The notes beneath the pieces were generated by a model that saw only the letters and a program-made list of their open reading frames with translations, was not told the DNA's origin and did not search any database. A DNA stretch of 64,000 bases from Mustelus asterias. Lineage: Eukaryota. Positions 38,581 through 50,259 of this stretch are shown here, piece by piece. The stretch lies in NCBI RefSeq assembly GCF_964213995.1, contig NC_135830.1, positions 8,804,001 through 8,868,000 of the forward strand, in the 5' to 3' direction. The position numbers were made by a program, and so were the translations under genes. Within the stretch, counting starts at the first letter, position 1, and every line of letters starts with the position of its first letter.

Positions 38581-38885
38581 GTCTCTTGCACAGTAATAGA
38601 TGGCGGTGTCTTCGGTCTTCAGCCTCGTCACTTCCAAAGAGAAGATGTTGCTTGAAGTGTCTTTGGACGCAGTAAATCGATCCTTAATTGCTGGGGCGTA
38701 GCTGTTGTCAGATGAACTATAGTAGTAAACCAGCCACTCCAGCCCCTGCCCGGGAACCTGTCGGATCCAGTACATGTAAGCGCTGCTAAGAGCGAAGCCG
38801 CTGGTTTTACAGGTCAGTGTCAGGGAGCCTCCGGGACGCCCGGTCTCTGCCTCTGGCTGAGTCAACAAAACCTGCGTCTGGACAC
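38581..38885 (-). CDS. IGHV: VH exon, intact
   Basis: TACAG|GT GTC CAG ACG CAG...: [27 protein letters not shown]...[12 protein letters not shown]...[10 protein letters not shown]...[11 protein letters not shown]; canonical Cys, Trp and Cys present. Confidence 0.97.
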
Positions 38886-39017
38886 CTGTAAAAATAGATC
38901 AAAAAACCCGAGGATTAATCCTGGTGTAATGATTTTTGACTCTGGAATATTACAGAGATCGACTAAAACTGAGACAGTAACTGTGGGAGACTTGGACAAT
39001 GAAAAATAACTACTCAC

Positions 39018-39063
39018 CGGATAAGAAAGTCAGCAACAAACTGAGAGTAATCGCCGACCTCAT
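39018..39063 (-). CDS. IGHV: VH leader exon
   Basis: ATG AGG TCG GCG ATT ACT CTC AGT TTG TTG CTG ACT TTC TTA TCC G|GTGAGT = MRSAITLSLLLTFLS, 46 nt, phase 1. Confidence 0.95.
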
Positions 39064-39145
39064 CCTTCTGGTAAATTGGGGGAAATGGTTGTGTCAGGAA
39101 CTCAGTGAACAAACCAGCTCCCGGACTGTTGGATTCCGGTCCCGG

Positions 39146-39227
39146 TGAGCGTCATTTAAATACCCGGCAGCAGGGGGCGGCTTTCCAGGCGCCGCCTGTT
39201 GATTCCCTTCTGGAGGCGGCGACTGGA
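39146..39227 (-). promoter_or_regulatory. VH promoter
   Basis: TATA-like TATTTAAAT (39162-39154), CRE-like TGACGCTCA (39154-39146), GC box at 39174-80, inverted repeat 39184-39227; no ATGCAAAT octamer seen. Confidence 0.7.
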
Positions 39228-42200
39228 TCCAGGTCCCACCTTCCACACCCAACAGAATGGACTTCCAGATTTACAATAGGTTAATATTAAAATGGACATT
39301 TTATCTGTATCGGGATATTTGTTTGGCTGAATATGTCCATTGTATTGTCTCCATTATTTCTGATGGTGATATTGCAGTTCATCATTTCTTTATTTAAAAT
39401 AACTAATTCCATTGTAAATATGGTGATTTTATTACCACGCCCCCAAGAAGAACACAAATCTGAAAATGATGAAATAACATTTGTGGAAAATAAAGAGACC
39501 GTCAGTCTGTGTTGCAACAATTCCGGGTCTCTGTCACATCACAATAATAAAGCATCATTTATCAGAAGAAGTTTTACCGATTTCTGTAACTAAATGAGGG
39601 GGTATGAACAAAGTGATTGCATTTACAGTGTGGATGCCTATCACTGTACAGTTTGGGTTTGGAGATGAGAAGAAACTCTCACACAATACAATGTTTCTCC
39701 TTATATTTGTCAAACGACCCCAATCTCGAAGACAGCCCTTTGAAAATAATAAGAATCCCGCCCTCCTGATAATTAAATAGTGAGTTGACAGAGAAACATA
39801 AAATTAACCTCGACTTTTGACAGAGAAGTTAATGAATGGAACGGACACGGAGATCAATAAAGTTCTCCTTCAGCATCCAGATCATTGCAGGTCACTCTAT
39901 CGGCCACCGGCTCTAACATTCGCTGGTATTGCGAACACAAGATATCAGGGCTTTGCGGCACATTGCACAATATCACAAGAATAAATGTTTTATCTTCCAT
40001 TGAATCAGGTTATGAACTGATCATTTCTCCACTTATTGGCAGCTATGATTGGAACTCTTCAATAACAGGAATCAGATTATACTGTACAATAGAATAGGGT
40101 GTTAATCAGGTACAAGAGACGCTGCTGTTTAAATGCGATACAGAACGTTCAGAATATTCCAGGAATTCCCGCTGTTCATGTCAGTTTTATGATGTTCCCT
40201 TAATATGATTTCGATGCATTTTATGCCATTGCACTGAATTCAATTGACTGGGGAATTGGGACCATCAACATCTCTCTCTCGCATTTCATGAAGTGGTTAA
40301 TAAACAGACTTTAATTAGTGGAATGACATTTACTTGGAAGTTATACAAATGAAAAAGCATCTGGTCACTTTATTGTTTTGCGATACTATTTACTCACATA
40401 ATGAAGAGGCCATTGAATGAAAATATTTGATTAGAATGATTACGATTTAAAATGTGTCATTCTTGTGGGAATGAAACATTTATTGTTTAAATGGCTGAAT
40501 CCCATTTTGTCCGTTTAGGTTCACGCTAATCTGTCCCGCACAGTATTTGGCAGCAATCCAAACTGCTGTCAAATGCTCAAAGTTATTGACAGGAAGCATC
40601 TGGGGGTGTTGTGCAGCAGAACAAAGATCTGTTTCCTCAGTACTGACCGCTTGGCTGCAAGCCAACTTAAAACCCTTCACGTTGTCAATCAGGCCTATTT
40701 ATAAATAAATCTACCCAGCAACAGTACTGCAGGCACTTTACTTTTTTAAAGTTGTAAATCTGGATGAATTTTGCCCATCTCTAATGAAAGGAATTTCATG
40801 CAGCTTCTCTGGCACCCTGTTAGCAACAATGATGATTTTTCCAACACATCAGGATATGGTGTTAGATGGATAGAAAGAATTACAGGCAAACTGAGAAATG
40901 TCTCAGAGAGACGATACATGAACATGTATGTTTGTATTTTCTTTCCCTTTATCTTTCCATGGGATGTTTGGATGCAAAGACGGCACTTTTTGTCTGTCCC
41001 AAATTCCCTTGAACTGACTGGTTTTCTCGGCCACTTCTGAAGATATTCAGGAGTCAGCTATTTTGCTGTCCATCTGGAGTCACATCCTTGTGAGACCAGG
41101 TAGCGATGGCAGATTTCACTCATTGGGGAATCAGAGAGGGTCCGATGGTCGCCATTAGTATCTGTTCCATATTTATTAATTGAATTCAAATTCCACCAGC
41201 TGCAATGCTCCGATTTAAATCCCTGTCCCCACATCATTGTCCTGGGTCTCTGGATCACTGGGCCAATTAAATTAATATTACGTCACCATCTGCGCAAACA
41301 ATAAATGAATGACTGTGTTGATGCAGGAATGAATGACCGTTGAATGAATGATATGAATATCAGTTGGATGCCTGAATATTTTGATTGAGGAATCAGTGAA
41401 CGGATTGGTGGATGCATTGTTAAATGGTACTGAAAGATGCTGTTCCACATTCCCATATTTGTACTTGACTGGTTCATAAATTGAAACAGCTCCTTGATTC
41501 CATTTCTGTCAGCCTAATAACTTCAATGCTTCCAGAGGGTCTGGGTGAAATCAAACCCGATTTTCGAGGGAGTTAGCAAACTGATCCTCACGAAAAGAAG
41601 AGGGCATTTTCCTGCGGCACGGATGGTTCATTTCTCTGCTGATGCTGAATATTCATATCCAAGATCGAAAGAGGGAACATGGTTTGGCTGAGGAGGAAGG
41701 ATTGTAATATTTGAAACATGTGCAGCAAATCACTCACCATGCCCTCACCCAAATTAGTGAAGGTAACAAGCTGTAAAATAAATAATGTGGCAACAGATAT
41801 ATTGTGAAACTCACTGGACAACTACAAGTGTTACATTATTTCCCAAAACAATGTAATAATGAATCGGGATTTAAAAATTCAGTAAAATCATATTAGGTGC
41901 AAGGTAGTGTAATTCATATCATTCCTTTGGAAATCATCACACCAGTTATGTATCAGGAGTTTAAAGCGCAGAGACTGTTGGGTAGCGACTCATGATCCTC
42001 AGTCTGAATTCGTTCAATTTCCCACTGCATTCTGGGACAGATTTTTATCCTTGTTGACAAAAAGGTCAATACAGTGTCAAAGAACAAAGAACAAAGAACA
42101 ATACAGCACAGGAACAGGCCCTTCGGCCCTCCAAGCCCGCGCCGCTCCCCGGTCCAGGATTGAATCCTGAATCCAGGATCCCCGCCCAATTTTCCAGCCT

Positions 42201-42620
42201 ATCTACATACCAATATCCTATCCACCGAGCTGTCCCTCACAGCTACGATGCTTTGTTCATTACAACCTATTAACTTACCCCCACCCCCCCATTCCAGACC
42301 ATGTGATCTCCAGGGAGAGGCGAAAACCCAGAGTGAAAAACCCCAGGGCCAATATGGGGAAAAAAAATCTGGGAAATTCCTCTCCGACCCCCTGAGGCGA
42401 TCGAAACGAGTCCAGGAGATCACAATGGCCCCGATCGGAAAATGCTTCCCAACCCTAGTCATTTCCACTTCCACGAACACCATATGAATTCCCTGCCCCC
42501 GAGACAGGTTCCCAACTATCCGCAGTCTCACTCTGTACTGGCACCAGCAAGATGATCGTAGAATGAAGCCTTGAAACGAGAAACCAGGAACAATTAGCCC
42601 GCGCCGCTCCCTGGTCCAAA

Positions 42621-44684
42621 CTAGACCACTCTTTTGTATCCCTCCATTCCCACTCCGTTCATATAGCTGTCTAGATAAGTCTTAAACGTTCCCAGTGTGT
42701 CCGCCTCCACCACCTTGCCCGGCAACACATTCCAGGCCCCCACGACCCTCTGTGTGAAATATGTCCTTCTGATATCTGTGTTAAACCTCCCCCCCTTCAC
42801 CTTGAACCTATGACCCCTCGTGAACGTCACCACCGACCCGGGGAAAAGCTTCCCACCGTTCACCCTATCTATGCCTTTCATAATTTTATACACCTCTATT
42901 AAGTCTCCCCTCATCCTCCGTCTTTCCAAGGAGAACAACCCCAATTTCCCCAATCTCTCCTCATAACCAAGCCCCTCCATACCAGGCAACATCCTGGTAA
43001 ACCTCCTCTGTACTCTCTCCAAAGCCTCCACGTCCTTCTGGTAGTGTGGCGACCAGAACTGGACGCAGTATTCCAAATGCGGCCGAACCAACGTTCTATA
43101 CATCTGCAACATCAGACCCCAACTTTTATACTCTATGCCCCGTCCTATAAAGGCAAGCATGCCATATGCCTTCTTCACCACCTTCTCCACCTGTGACGTC
43201 ACCTTCAAAGATCTGTGGACTTGCACACCCAGGTCCCTCTGCGTCTCTACACCCTTTATGGTTCTTCCATTTATCGTGTAGCTCCTCCCTACATTATTCC
43301 CACCAAAATGCATCACTTCGCATTCATCAGGATTGAACTCCATCTGCCATTTCCTTGCCCAAATTTCCAGCCTATCTATATCCTTCTGTAGCCTCTGACA
43401 ATGTTCCTCACTATCTGCAAGTCCTGCCAGTTTTGTGTCGTCCGCAAACTTACTGATCACCCCAGTTACTCCTTCTTCCAGATCATTTATATAAATCACA
43501 AACAGCAGAGGTCCCAATACAGAGCCCTGCGGTACACCACTAGTCACAGGCCTCCAGCCGGAAAAAGACCCTTCCACTACCACCCTCTGTCTTCTATGAC
43601 CAAGCCAGTTCTCCACCCATCTAGCCACCTCCCCCTTTATCCCATGGGATCCAACCTTTTTCACTAGCCTACCATGAGGGACTTTGTCAAATGCTTTACT
43701 AAAGTCCATATAGACAACATCCACGGCCCTTCCTTCGTCAACCATTTTGGTCACTTCTTCAAAAAACACCACCAGGTTCGTGAGGCATGACCTCCCTCTC
43801 ACAAAACCATGTTGACTATCGTTAATGAGTTTATTCCTTTCTATATGCGCATACATCCTATCTTTAAGAATCTTCTCCAACAACTTCCCCACCACGGACG
43901 TCAAGCTCACCGGCCTATAATTACCCGGGTTATCCTTCCTACCCTTCTTAAATAACGGGACCACATTGGCTATCCTCCAATCCTCTGGGACCTCACCTGC
44001 GTCCAGTGACGAGACAAAGATTTGCGTCAGAGGCCCAACGATTTCACCTCTCGTCTCCCTGAGCAGCCTTGGATAGATTCCATCAGGCCCTGGGGATTTG
44101 TCAGTCTTTATATTCTCTAACAAACCTAACACTTCCTCCTTTGTAATGGAGATTTTCTCCAACGGTTCAACACTCCCCTCCGAGACACTCCCAGTCAACA
44201 CATCCCTCTCCTTAGTGAATACCGACGCAAAGTATTCATTTAGGATCTCCCCTACCTCTTTGGGCTCCAAGCATAAGTCCCCACTTTTGTCCCTGAGAGG
44301 TCCGATTTTTTCCCTTACAACCCTTTTGTTCCTAACGTATGAATAAAATGCCTTGGGATTCTCCTTAATCCTGTCTGCCAAGAACATTTCGTGACCCCTT
44401 TTTGCTCTTCTAATTCCCCGTTTGAGTATTTTCCTACTTTCATTATACTCCTCCAGAGCTCCCTCCGTTTTTAGCTGCTTGGACCTAACATACGCCTCTC
44501 TTTTCCTTTTGACCAGTCCCTCAATTTCCCTGGTTATCCACGGTTCTCTAATCCTACCCTTCCTATCCTTCTTTTTTACAGGCACATGCTTGTCCTGTAG
44601 CCCTAACAACCGTTCCTTAAAAGACTGCCACATACCAGATGTGGATTTACCCTCAAACAGCCTCTCCCAATCAAGAGCTGCCAA
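42621..44684 (-). CDS. CR1 ORF2 reverse-transcriptase portion
   Basis: 687-aa open frame with LINE RT motifs ([27 protein letters not shown]). Confidence 0.85.
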   Translation of the reverse strand: MAALDWERLFEGKSTSGMWQSFKERLLGLQDKHVPVKKKDRKGRIREPWITREIEGLVKRKREAYVRSKQLKTEGALEEYNESRKILKRGIRRAKRGHEMFLADRIKENPKAFYSYVRNKRVVREKIGPLRDKSGDLCLEPKEVGEILNEYFASVFTKERDVLTGSVSEGSVEPLEKISITKEEVLGLLENIKTDKSPGPDGIYPRLLRETRGEIVGPLTQIFVSSLDAGEVPEDWRIANVVPLFKKGRKDNPGNYRPVSLTSVVGKLLEKILKDRMYAHIERNKLINDSQHGFVRGRSCLTNLVVFFEEVTKMVDEGRAVDVVYMDFSKAFDKVPHGRLVKKVGSHGIKGEVARWVENWLGHRRQRVVVEGSFSGWRPVTSGVPQGSVLGPLLFVIYINDLEEGVTGVISKFADDTKLAGLADSEEHCQRLQKDIDRLEIWARKWQMEFNPDECEVMHFGGNNVGRSYTINGRTIKGVETQRDLGVQVHRSLKVTSQVEKVVKKAYGMLAFIGRGIEYKSWGLMLQMYRTLVRPHLEYCVQFWSPHYQKDVEALERVQRRFTRMLPGMEGLGYEERLGKLGLFSLERRRMRGDLIEVYKIMKGIDRVNGGKLFPGSVVTFTRGHRFKVKGGRFNTDIRRTYFTQRVVGAWNVLPGKVVEADTLGTFKTYLDSYMNGVGMEGYKRVV

Positions 44685-45502
44685 TTTCTGCCTGATCCCA
44701 ATAATTTAGCCTTCCCCCAATCCAACACCTTACCCTTGGGACACCACTCATCCTTTTCCATCACTATCCTAAAGCTAACAGAATTGTGGTCACTATTTGC
44801 CACATGTTCCCCGACCAAAACTTTGAAGACCTGACCGGGCTCATTCCCCAGCACCAGGTCCAGTATAGCCCCCTCTCTAGTTGGGCTGTCCACATATTGT
44901 TCCAACGAACCCTCCTGTACACATTTTACAAATGCCTCCCCATCCAGAGTCCCTGCCCTCAGCGATTTCCAGTCTATACCAGGGAAATTGAAGTCTCCCA
45001 CTACAACAACCCTATATTTCCTGCACCTATCCAGTATCTCCTGACATATCCATTCTTCCACTTCCCTTGGGCTGTTGGGGGGCCTGTAGTACACCCCCAA
45101 CATAGTGACTGCGCCTTTCCTGTTTCTAAGCTCCACCCAGAGTGACTCGCTACACGACTCCTCCGAATTGTCCTCCCTCTGCACCGCTGTAATATGCTCT
45201 CCAACCAATACCGCTACTCCCCCACCTCTTTTGGCCCCTCCTCTGTCTCGCCTAAAACACTTGTACCCTGGAATATTCAGCTGCCAGTCCTGTCCCTCTT
45301 TCAACCAAGTCTCCGTCACCGCAACCACATCCAAATTCCTCGTGCGCATTAAGGCCCCAAGTTCGTCTGTTTTACCTGCTACGCTCCTTGCATTGAAGTA
45401 TAAGCACTCCAGACCCCCAGGCTCAGTGAGGTCGTCCTCCCCCAGAGTGCTCTTCTTCTTTGCCAGCCTTGTCCCAGCCCCAAGCTCGTCCCCAGCCACC
45501 AC
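44603..45502 (-). CDS. CR1 ORF2 apurinic-like endonuclease portion (frameshifted from RT)
   Basis: EEP-family motifs NARS, ETW, GGGV, YRPP, GDFN, LDL, SDH. Confidence 0.8.
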   Translation of the reverse strand: MVAGDELGAGTRLAKKKSTLGEDDLTEPGGLECLYFNARSVAGKTDELGALMRTRNLDVVAVTETWLKEGQDWQLNIPGYKCFRRDRGGAKRGGGVAVLVGEHITAVQREDNSEESCSESLWVELRNRKGAVTMLGVYYRPPNSPREVEEWICQEILDRCRKYRVVVVGDFNFPGIDWKSLRAGTLDGEAFVKCVQEGSLEQYVDSPTREGAILDLVLGNEPGQVFKVLVGEHVANSDHNSVSFRIVMEKDEWCPKGKVLDWGKAKLLGSGRNWQLLIGRGCLRVNPHLVCGSLLRNGC

Positions 45503-45634
45503 ACTTATAGACCTAATAGTTTGATCCCCACCCCCCTGCCATACTAGTTTAAACCCCCCCGAACTGCATTAGCAAAACTGCATTAGCAAGAAATGTTAAT
45601 ATCAATAAATTATTCAAAGCAAAGTTGTACAAAA

Positions 45635-46172
45635 TGAAATACTGAAAACAAACAGAAAATGCTGGAAAATCTCAGCAGATCTGACAGCATCTGTGGAGAC
45701 AGAATAGACCCAACGTTTCGAGTCTGGATGACGGTTCAGCAGAGTATTCCTAATGCGTTGGAGAGATTATCATTGTATCCAACAAGGCGTCAGACAAGCT
45801 GCATAACTTTCTTGTGAGATGTGAATAGTTCAAAGAGGCACTGTTTAATTATATGCACTATTTCGAGCCACACACAAGTTGCATGAACTTACATACCGAT
45901 CCCAAATATCATAATCAACTTATCCATGCTAACTGACCAAATCAACGTCTCAATCACTAACTATATCCTAAAGAAACTTCCTAATCCCTTTCCACCCTCA
46001 TCAGTTCCCAATGTCATCGCCCTCTTCAATTTTCTCCAAATAAAAAAAGGGTCATCCTGATTCGAAACTTTGACTCTATTCTCTCACCACAGATGCTGTC
46101 AGACCTGTTGAGATTTTCAGAATTTATTATTTTTGTTTCAGTTTCCAGAATCCGCAATGTTTTTCATTTATT
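45635..46172. mobile_element. Penelope-type relic with inverted terminal segments
   Basis: 'aaatgctggaaaatctcagcagatctgacagcatctgtggag...cgtttcgagtctggatgac' at 45657-45735 and its reverse complement at 46049-46130. Confidence 0.7.
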
Positions 46173-46629
46173 AAAATGCTGAATATAATTGGCGAAATAA
46201 TTGTTTATCTGTATTAATTGATATTAATTGGTGAATTGGAACTACCCCGCCTGGATATTTCCCTCCAGACGCTCATAAACCTGACTTGGACATATATTAC
46301 CGCTCCTTTAACGTCGCTGGGTCGGAGTCCAGGAGAACCCTTCCTAACAGCACTGTGGGTGTACCTACACTGCAGGTTGTGCAACGGTTCAAGGTGGCGG
46401 CTAACTACCAGCTTACCGAATGCACTTCGCAATGTGAAATAAATTATAGCTTAGACAGTTACCCACCTTCCATAAAGTAATTTTAAATAGACTAACCTTT
46501 GTGAATGAATGAGAATTGGTGAATGCATTTATTAAATTGTGAATGGACGGTCATGAGTGAAAATAATTACTATCTTTCTGAACATTTATGACATTCTCCT
46601 TATTTGCTGGAAGATTTAAGGTTTGTGGG

Positions 46630-46930
46630 TCATTTATTAATGTCACAAGTAGGCTTACATTAACAGTGCTTTGGAGTCACTGTGAAAATCCCCGAGTCGC
46701 CACACTGTAGCGTCTGTTCGGGTACACTGAGGGAGAATTTAGCCTGGCCAGCACACATTACCAGCATTCCTTTTCGGACTGTGCAGGAAACTGGACCACC
46801 CAGAAGAAATCCACGCATAAACGGGGAGAATGTACAGACTCCGCACAGACACTGACCCACGCCGGGAACCAAACCAGTGGCCCTGGCACTGTGAGGCAAC
46901 AGACCTAACCACTGTGCCACCATGGCACCC
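46630..46930 (-). mobile_element. HE1-like SINE with alternative tail
   Basis: Minus head GGTGCCATGGTGGCACAGTGGTTAG; tail matches the 15510 type (gtcacaagtaggcttacattaaca). Confidence 0.8.
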
Positions 46931-48959
46931 ACAATTCCATGAGACATGCATGATTCAAATTTATCACACATTTTTGCAAACTAAACCGATGGAAGAGACT
47001 GTTACAACTACAGGCATATCTCAGTCATAACATCACGGGAAAGATCTTTGCTGAGGTCACACTTGAAATACATCATCTGCTTGCAGACCGGGTATATCTG
47101 ATGTGCAGTTTAGTGATTGTATTGGAAGATTTACTCCAGCCAACAACTTCTCCATGTTCCATATATGTCCATATCCTTAACGTACTTCGGTCAATCTCGC
47201 TAAGACATTCACCACCGTCAGCAGGGCAAGGAATACAGGATTTTGGTGATAACTGGTTCTACACCAAAGCTCCTAATATCCATTCATGATACAAAAACAA
47301 TAACACACAATGACGAATGGTAGCTTAATGGGCAGCACTTGTGGCCGAACTAACTTTTCAAAAATTGGCCTCCTCAATCATCAGAAAAGGTGACATATGT
47401 AAAGGAAGCCAATCTGAATTGGATGTGTTTATTGTGTGTCCATCATGTAGTGTAAATGGAAGGATGCACGTGATCATTGTGGAATTAATTTGTATCAAAC
47501 ACGGTGTATTTCACACAACACACACACACACCAAGATGCTCAATGTGGGTCCCGCAAGGAGCACTCGATTCCAGAAATGATTTGGAAAGAGTCCAAATAT
47601 GGATTTTAAAAAATAAATTAAAAAGGTGAATAGAGAGTGCCTGCCCTTGACATGGACGCAGCGTCTGACCGTTTGTGGCATCAAGGAGCCCGAGCAAAAC
47701 TGCAGTCAATGGGAATCAGGGGGAACAGAGTCCACTGCCTGAGTCATACTGAGCACAAAGGAAGATGATTGTTGATGGCCAATCTTGCCAGTCACACGCA
47801 TTGCTGCAGGAATTCTTCAGGTTAGTGACCGAGCCCCAAGCTTCAGCCTTCATCAAAGTTCAGAAGTGGGATTTTCACTGATGCTTGCACATAGTTCAGC
47901 ACCAGTCGCGGCTCCTCAGATACTGAAACAGTCTGTGTCAATGTGCAGTAAGACTTCGAAAACATTTAGTGTTTGGCTAATGAATGACAAGGAACATTAA
48001 TGCACAACAAGTGGTAAGCAATGACAGTCTCCAATGAGGGAGATTCCAAACCACCCCCCATGACATTAAATGGCATGACCCATCGCTGAATTCGCCCACT
48101 ATCAACATCCTATGAATTATAATTCGTGAAAATCTGAACGGAGACAGACGTTTAAATCATGTGGCCACAGGAGCAGGTCAGACGCTCGGAGTTCTGCAGT
48201 GAACAACGCACCCCCTGAATTCCCAACTCCTATCCATCATCTACAAGGCAAAAGGCTGGAGTATGAAAAAATATCACAGAACAGTCAAGCACAGGAACAG
48301 GCCCTTCGGCCCACCAAGTCTGTGCCGACACAGATGATTGAATATTCTCTACTTGCCTGACGTGTGCCACTCAAAAGCTCAATGTCATTCTAGACAAAGT
48401 AGCTGGCTCGAAGAACACCCCACCCACCAGCTTCCCAAAGCTTGCCACCACATTCTCAAAGGAATTCATGGTTTGGCAACAAAAGCTGACTTTCCCAGTG
48501 ACATCAAAATCACAACAATTTTAAACATACCATATCTCTGCCTATATTCAGCTAGCTTCTGCCTCTGTCTGTATTACAGTAGGCTGTGCCTGGATCATAT
48601 TCCAGGAGGTCATGTCTAAGCTATTTCCTGCACTTGGCTCAATATCAGGTGTTCGTATATGAGACACAGGCCCTGCTTATATTATAATTTCTAAGTTATG
48701 GCGGTACTGAGCCATGCTTCTGCTGATCTGACAAGAGGCCGTGTCTCGATTCTTGCTGCCTCAGAACATTTGCCACTGCATACTAAACTGGAGCAACTGT
48801 TTCATGCATGACACATGGTTCTGTCACAGTCATTATGCGAATAGTTCATTAGATTTTGATAAATTAGATCCTGTTTACGTTAATGCTGCACCAGTCCATG
48901 TATTTATTTATTTAAGACTATGTCACGTCTCAGCTATAATTGCATTTTGCAATACCTCC

Positions 48960-49290
48960 TATTTGCGGCATTGTCCGTATCTCAGTGTATATCAGTCTAG
49001 GCCCTGTACCAGTAATTGTTACAAATAAACTGGGCTCTGTCTCAGTTTACATCAGTCTAGGTGCTGTATTAGTAATCATTACTAATACACTGGACTCTGT
49101 CTCAGTTTACATCTGTCACTGTCCTGTATCTATTAGTAATTATTACTAATGCACTTGACTCCGTCTCAGTCTAAAGAAATTTAGGTCCTGTATCATTAAT
49201 TACTGGGCTCTGTCTCAGTTTATATGTATAAGCTCCTATGTCCAGTAAAACTGCACTAGACACTGTCTCAGTTTTATTTTCCTCGACGTT
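48960..49290. repeat. ~60-bp degenerate minisatellite
   Basis: Repeating 'ctgg(g/a)ctctgtctcagtttacatc...ctgta..agtaat..ttactaat'. Confidence 0.75.
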
Positions 49291-50259
49291 GTCATATATA
49301 TTTGTAATGTTTGTTTCATGGGATGTGGGTGTCACTGAAAAGATCAGCATTTGGCCTTTGACCATCCCCACATGGCACTCGGAAAGAAACCCATTTCTAT
49401 TTTGCTGGATCAGGACCCAGTTTATGTTAAATTAGAGTCTGTCTCTGTTAATACACTGCTAGACTAGAAATCAGTTTATATTGCACTAGCCATACTCTCT
49501 GGGTAAGTAATATTTGATCCTGACCCTGTACATATTTCACTAGACTGTGTTAGTGTTATGCCTGCACTTAACTTTGCCTCTATTTGAATGATGTCTGCAT
49601 TTCTCCGCGGTTCTACGAGAAGAAGAGATATTATGTTGGATGAAAAACAGTGGTCTCTGGCAGGATTCTGAAACAGGCAGCATTGGATCGACAGTATTTG
49701 GTCGGTGCGGGCTTCCAGTGCCGAAGGGCCTGTTCCTCTGCAGTAACTTTTCTTGTTCTTTGTTCTGTGTTGACAGTGCATGCTATACAGGTCTCAGTAA
49801 CCATTTTCAATGCAGTCAGCAGAAGTAGATTTCAGATAACACTGCTTCTTTTCCTTATTTAAGAGGATGCAGAGAATTGTGTCCCCTTAAACACTTTCCT
49901 CATTACTGGCATTGTCCAGTGCAGTAAAAACTGAGACCATGTCCAATGCAATATAAACGTGGATAGGGTCAAGTGCAGAAATAAGACTCCATCTAGTTAA
50001 ATACAAGCAGACAGGTCTAAATTAATACAAACCGATACAGCGGCTAGTTTGATATAAACTGAAACATGTTGATGCATAATATAAACAGGGACAAGGTCTA
50101 ATTTAGTATAGTCAGAGAAAGCATCTCGTTTAATATGTGTAGAGATAGCGTCTCGTGCAACATAAACCGAGGCATGACCTTATGTAATAGAAGCTGACAC
50201 AGGGTAAATTTACTGTCTAATAAAGAGACTGGTTCAATCTCCATGAAATTTGGAGAGAC

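Larger units (their letters stand above)
42080..45575 (-). mobile_element. Young CR1 (HER1-like) LINE: end of ORF1, complete ORF2 with one frameshift, extended 3' UTR
   Basis: APE endonuclease ORF 44603-45502 (YFNARS, TETWL, GDFN, SDH) and RT ORF 42621-44684 (KFADDTK) are separated by a single frameshift near 44705; (TTCTTTG)n tail at ~42080-42100. Confidence 0.95.
39335..47530. repeat. Segmental duplication copy A (VH upstream flank)
   Basis: Collinear diverged matches to 53850-61720, for example 39782 vs 54904, 40610 vs 55690, 41660 vs 59303, 41962 vs 59999, 46580 vs 61080 and 47390 vs 61550. Confidence 0.85.

Noticed and set aside
38589-38595. Embedded heptamer TACTGTG at the VH 3' end as a V-replacement signal
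   Set aside because: Dictated by the YYC codons in most VH genes, and the upstream pseudo-V has no RSS to act as donor.
19136-39063. IgW, IgNAR or a germline-joined VDJ
   Set aside because: Four C exons with a mu-type tailpiece, a canonical VH with FR2/CDR2, and separate V, D, D, J segments with intact RSS indicate unrearranged IgM.
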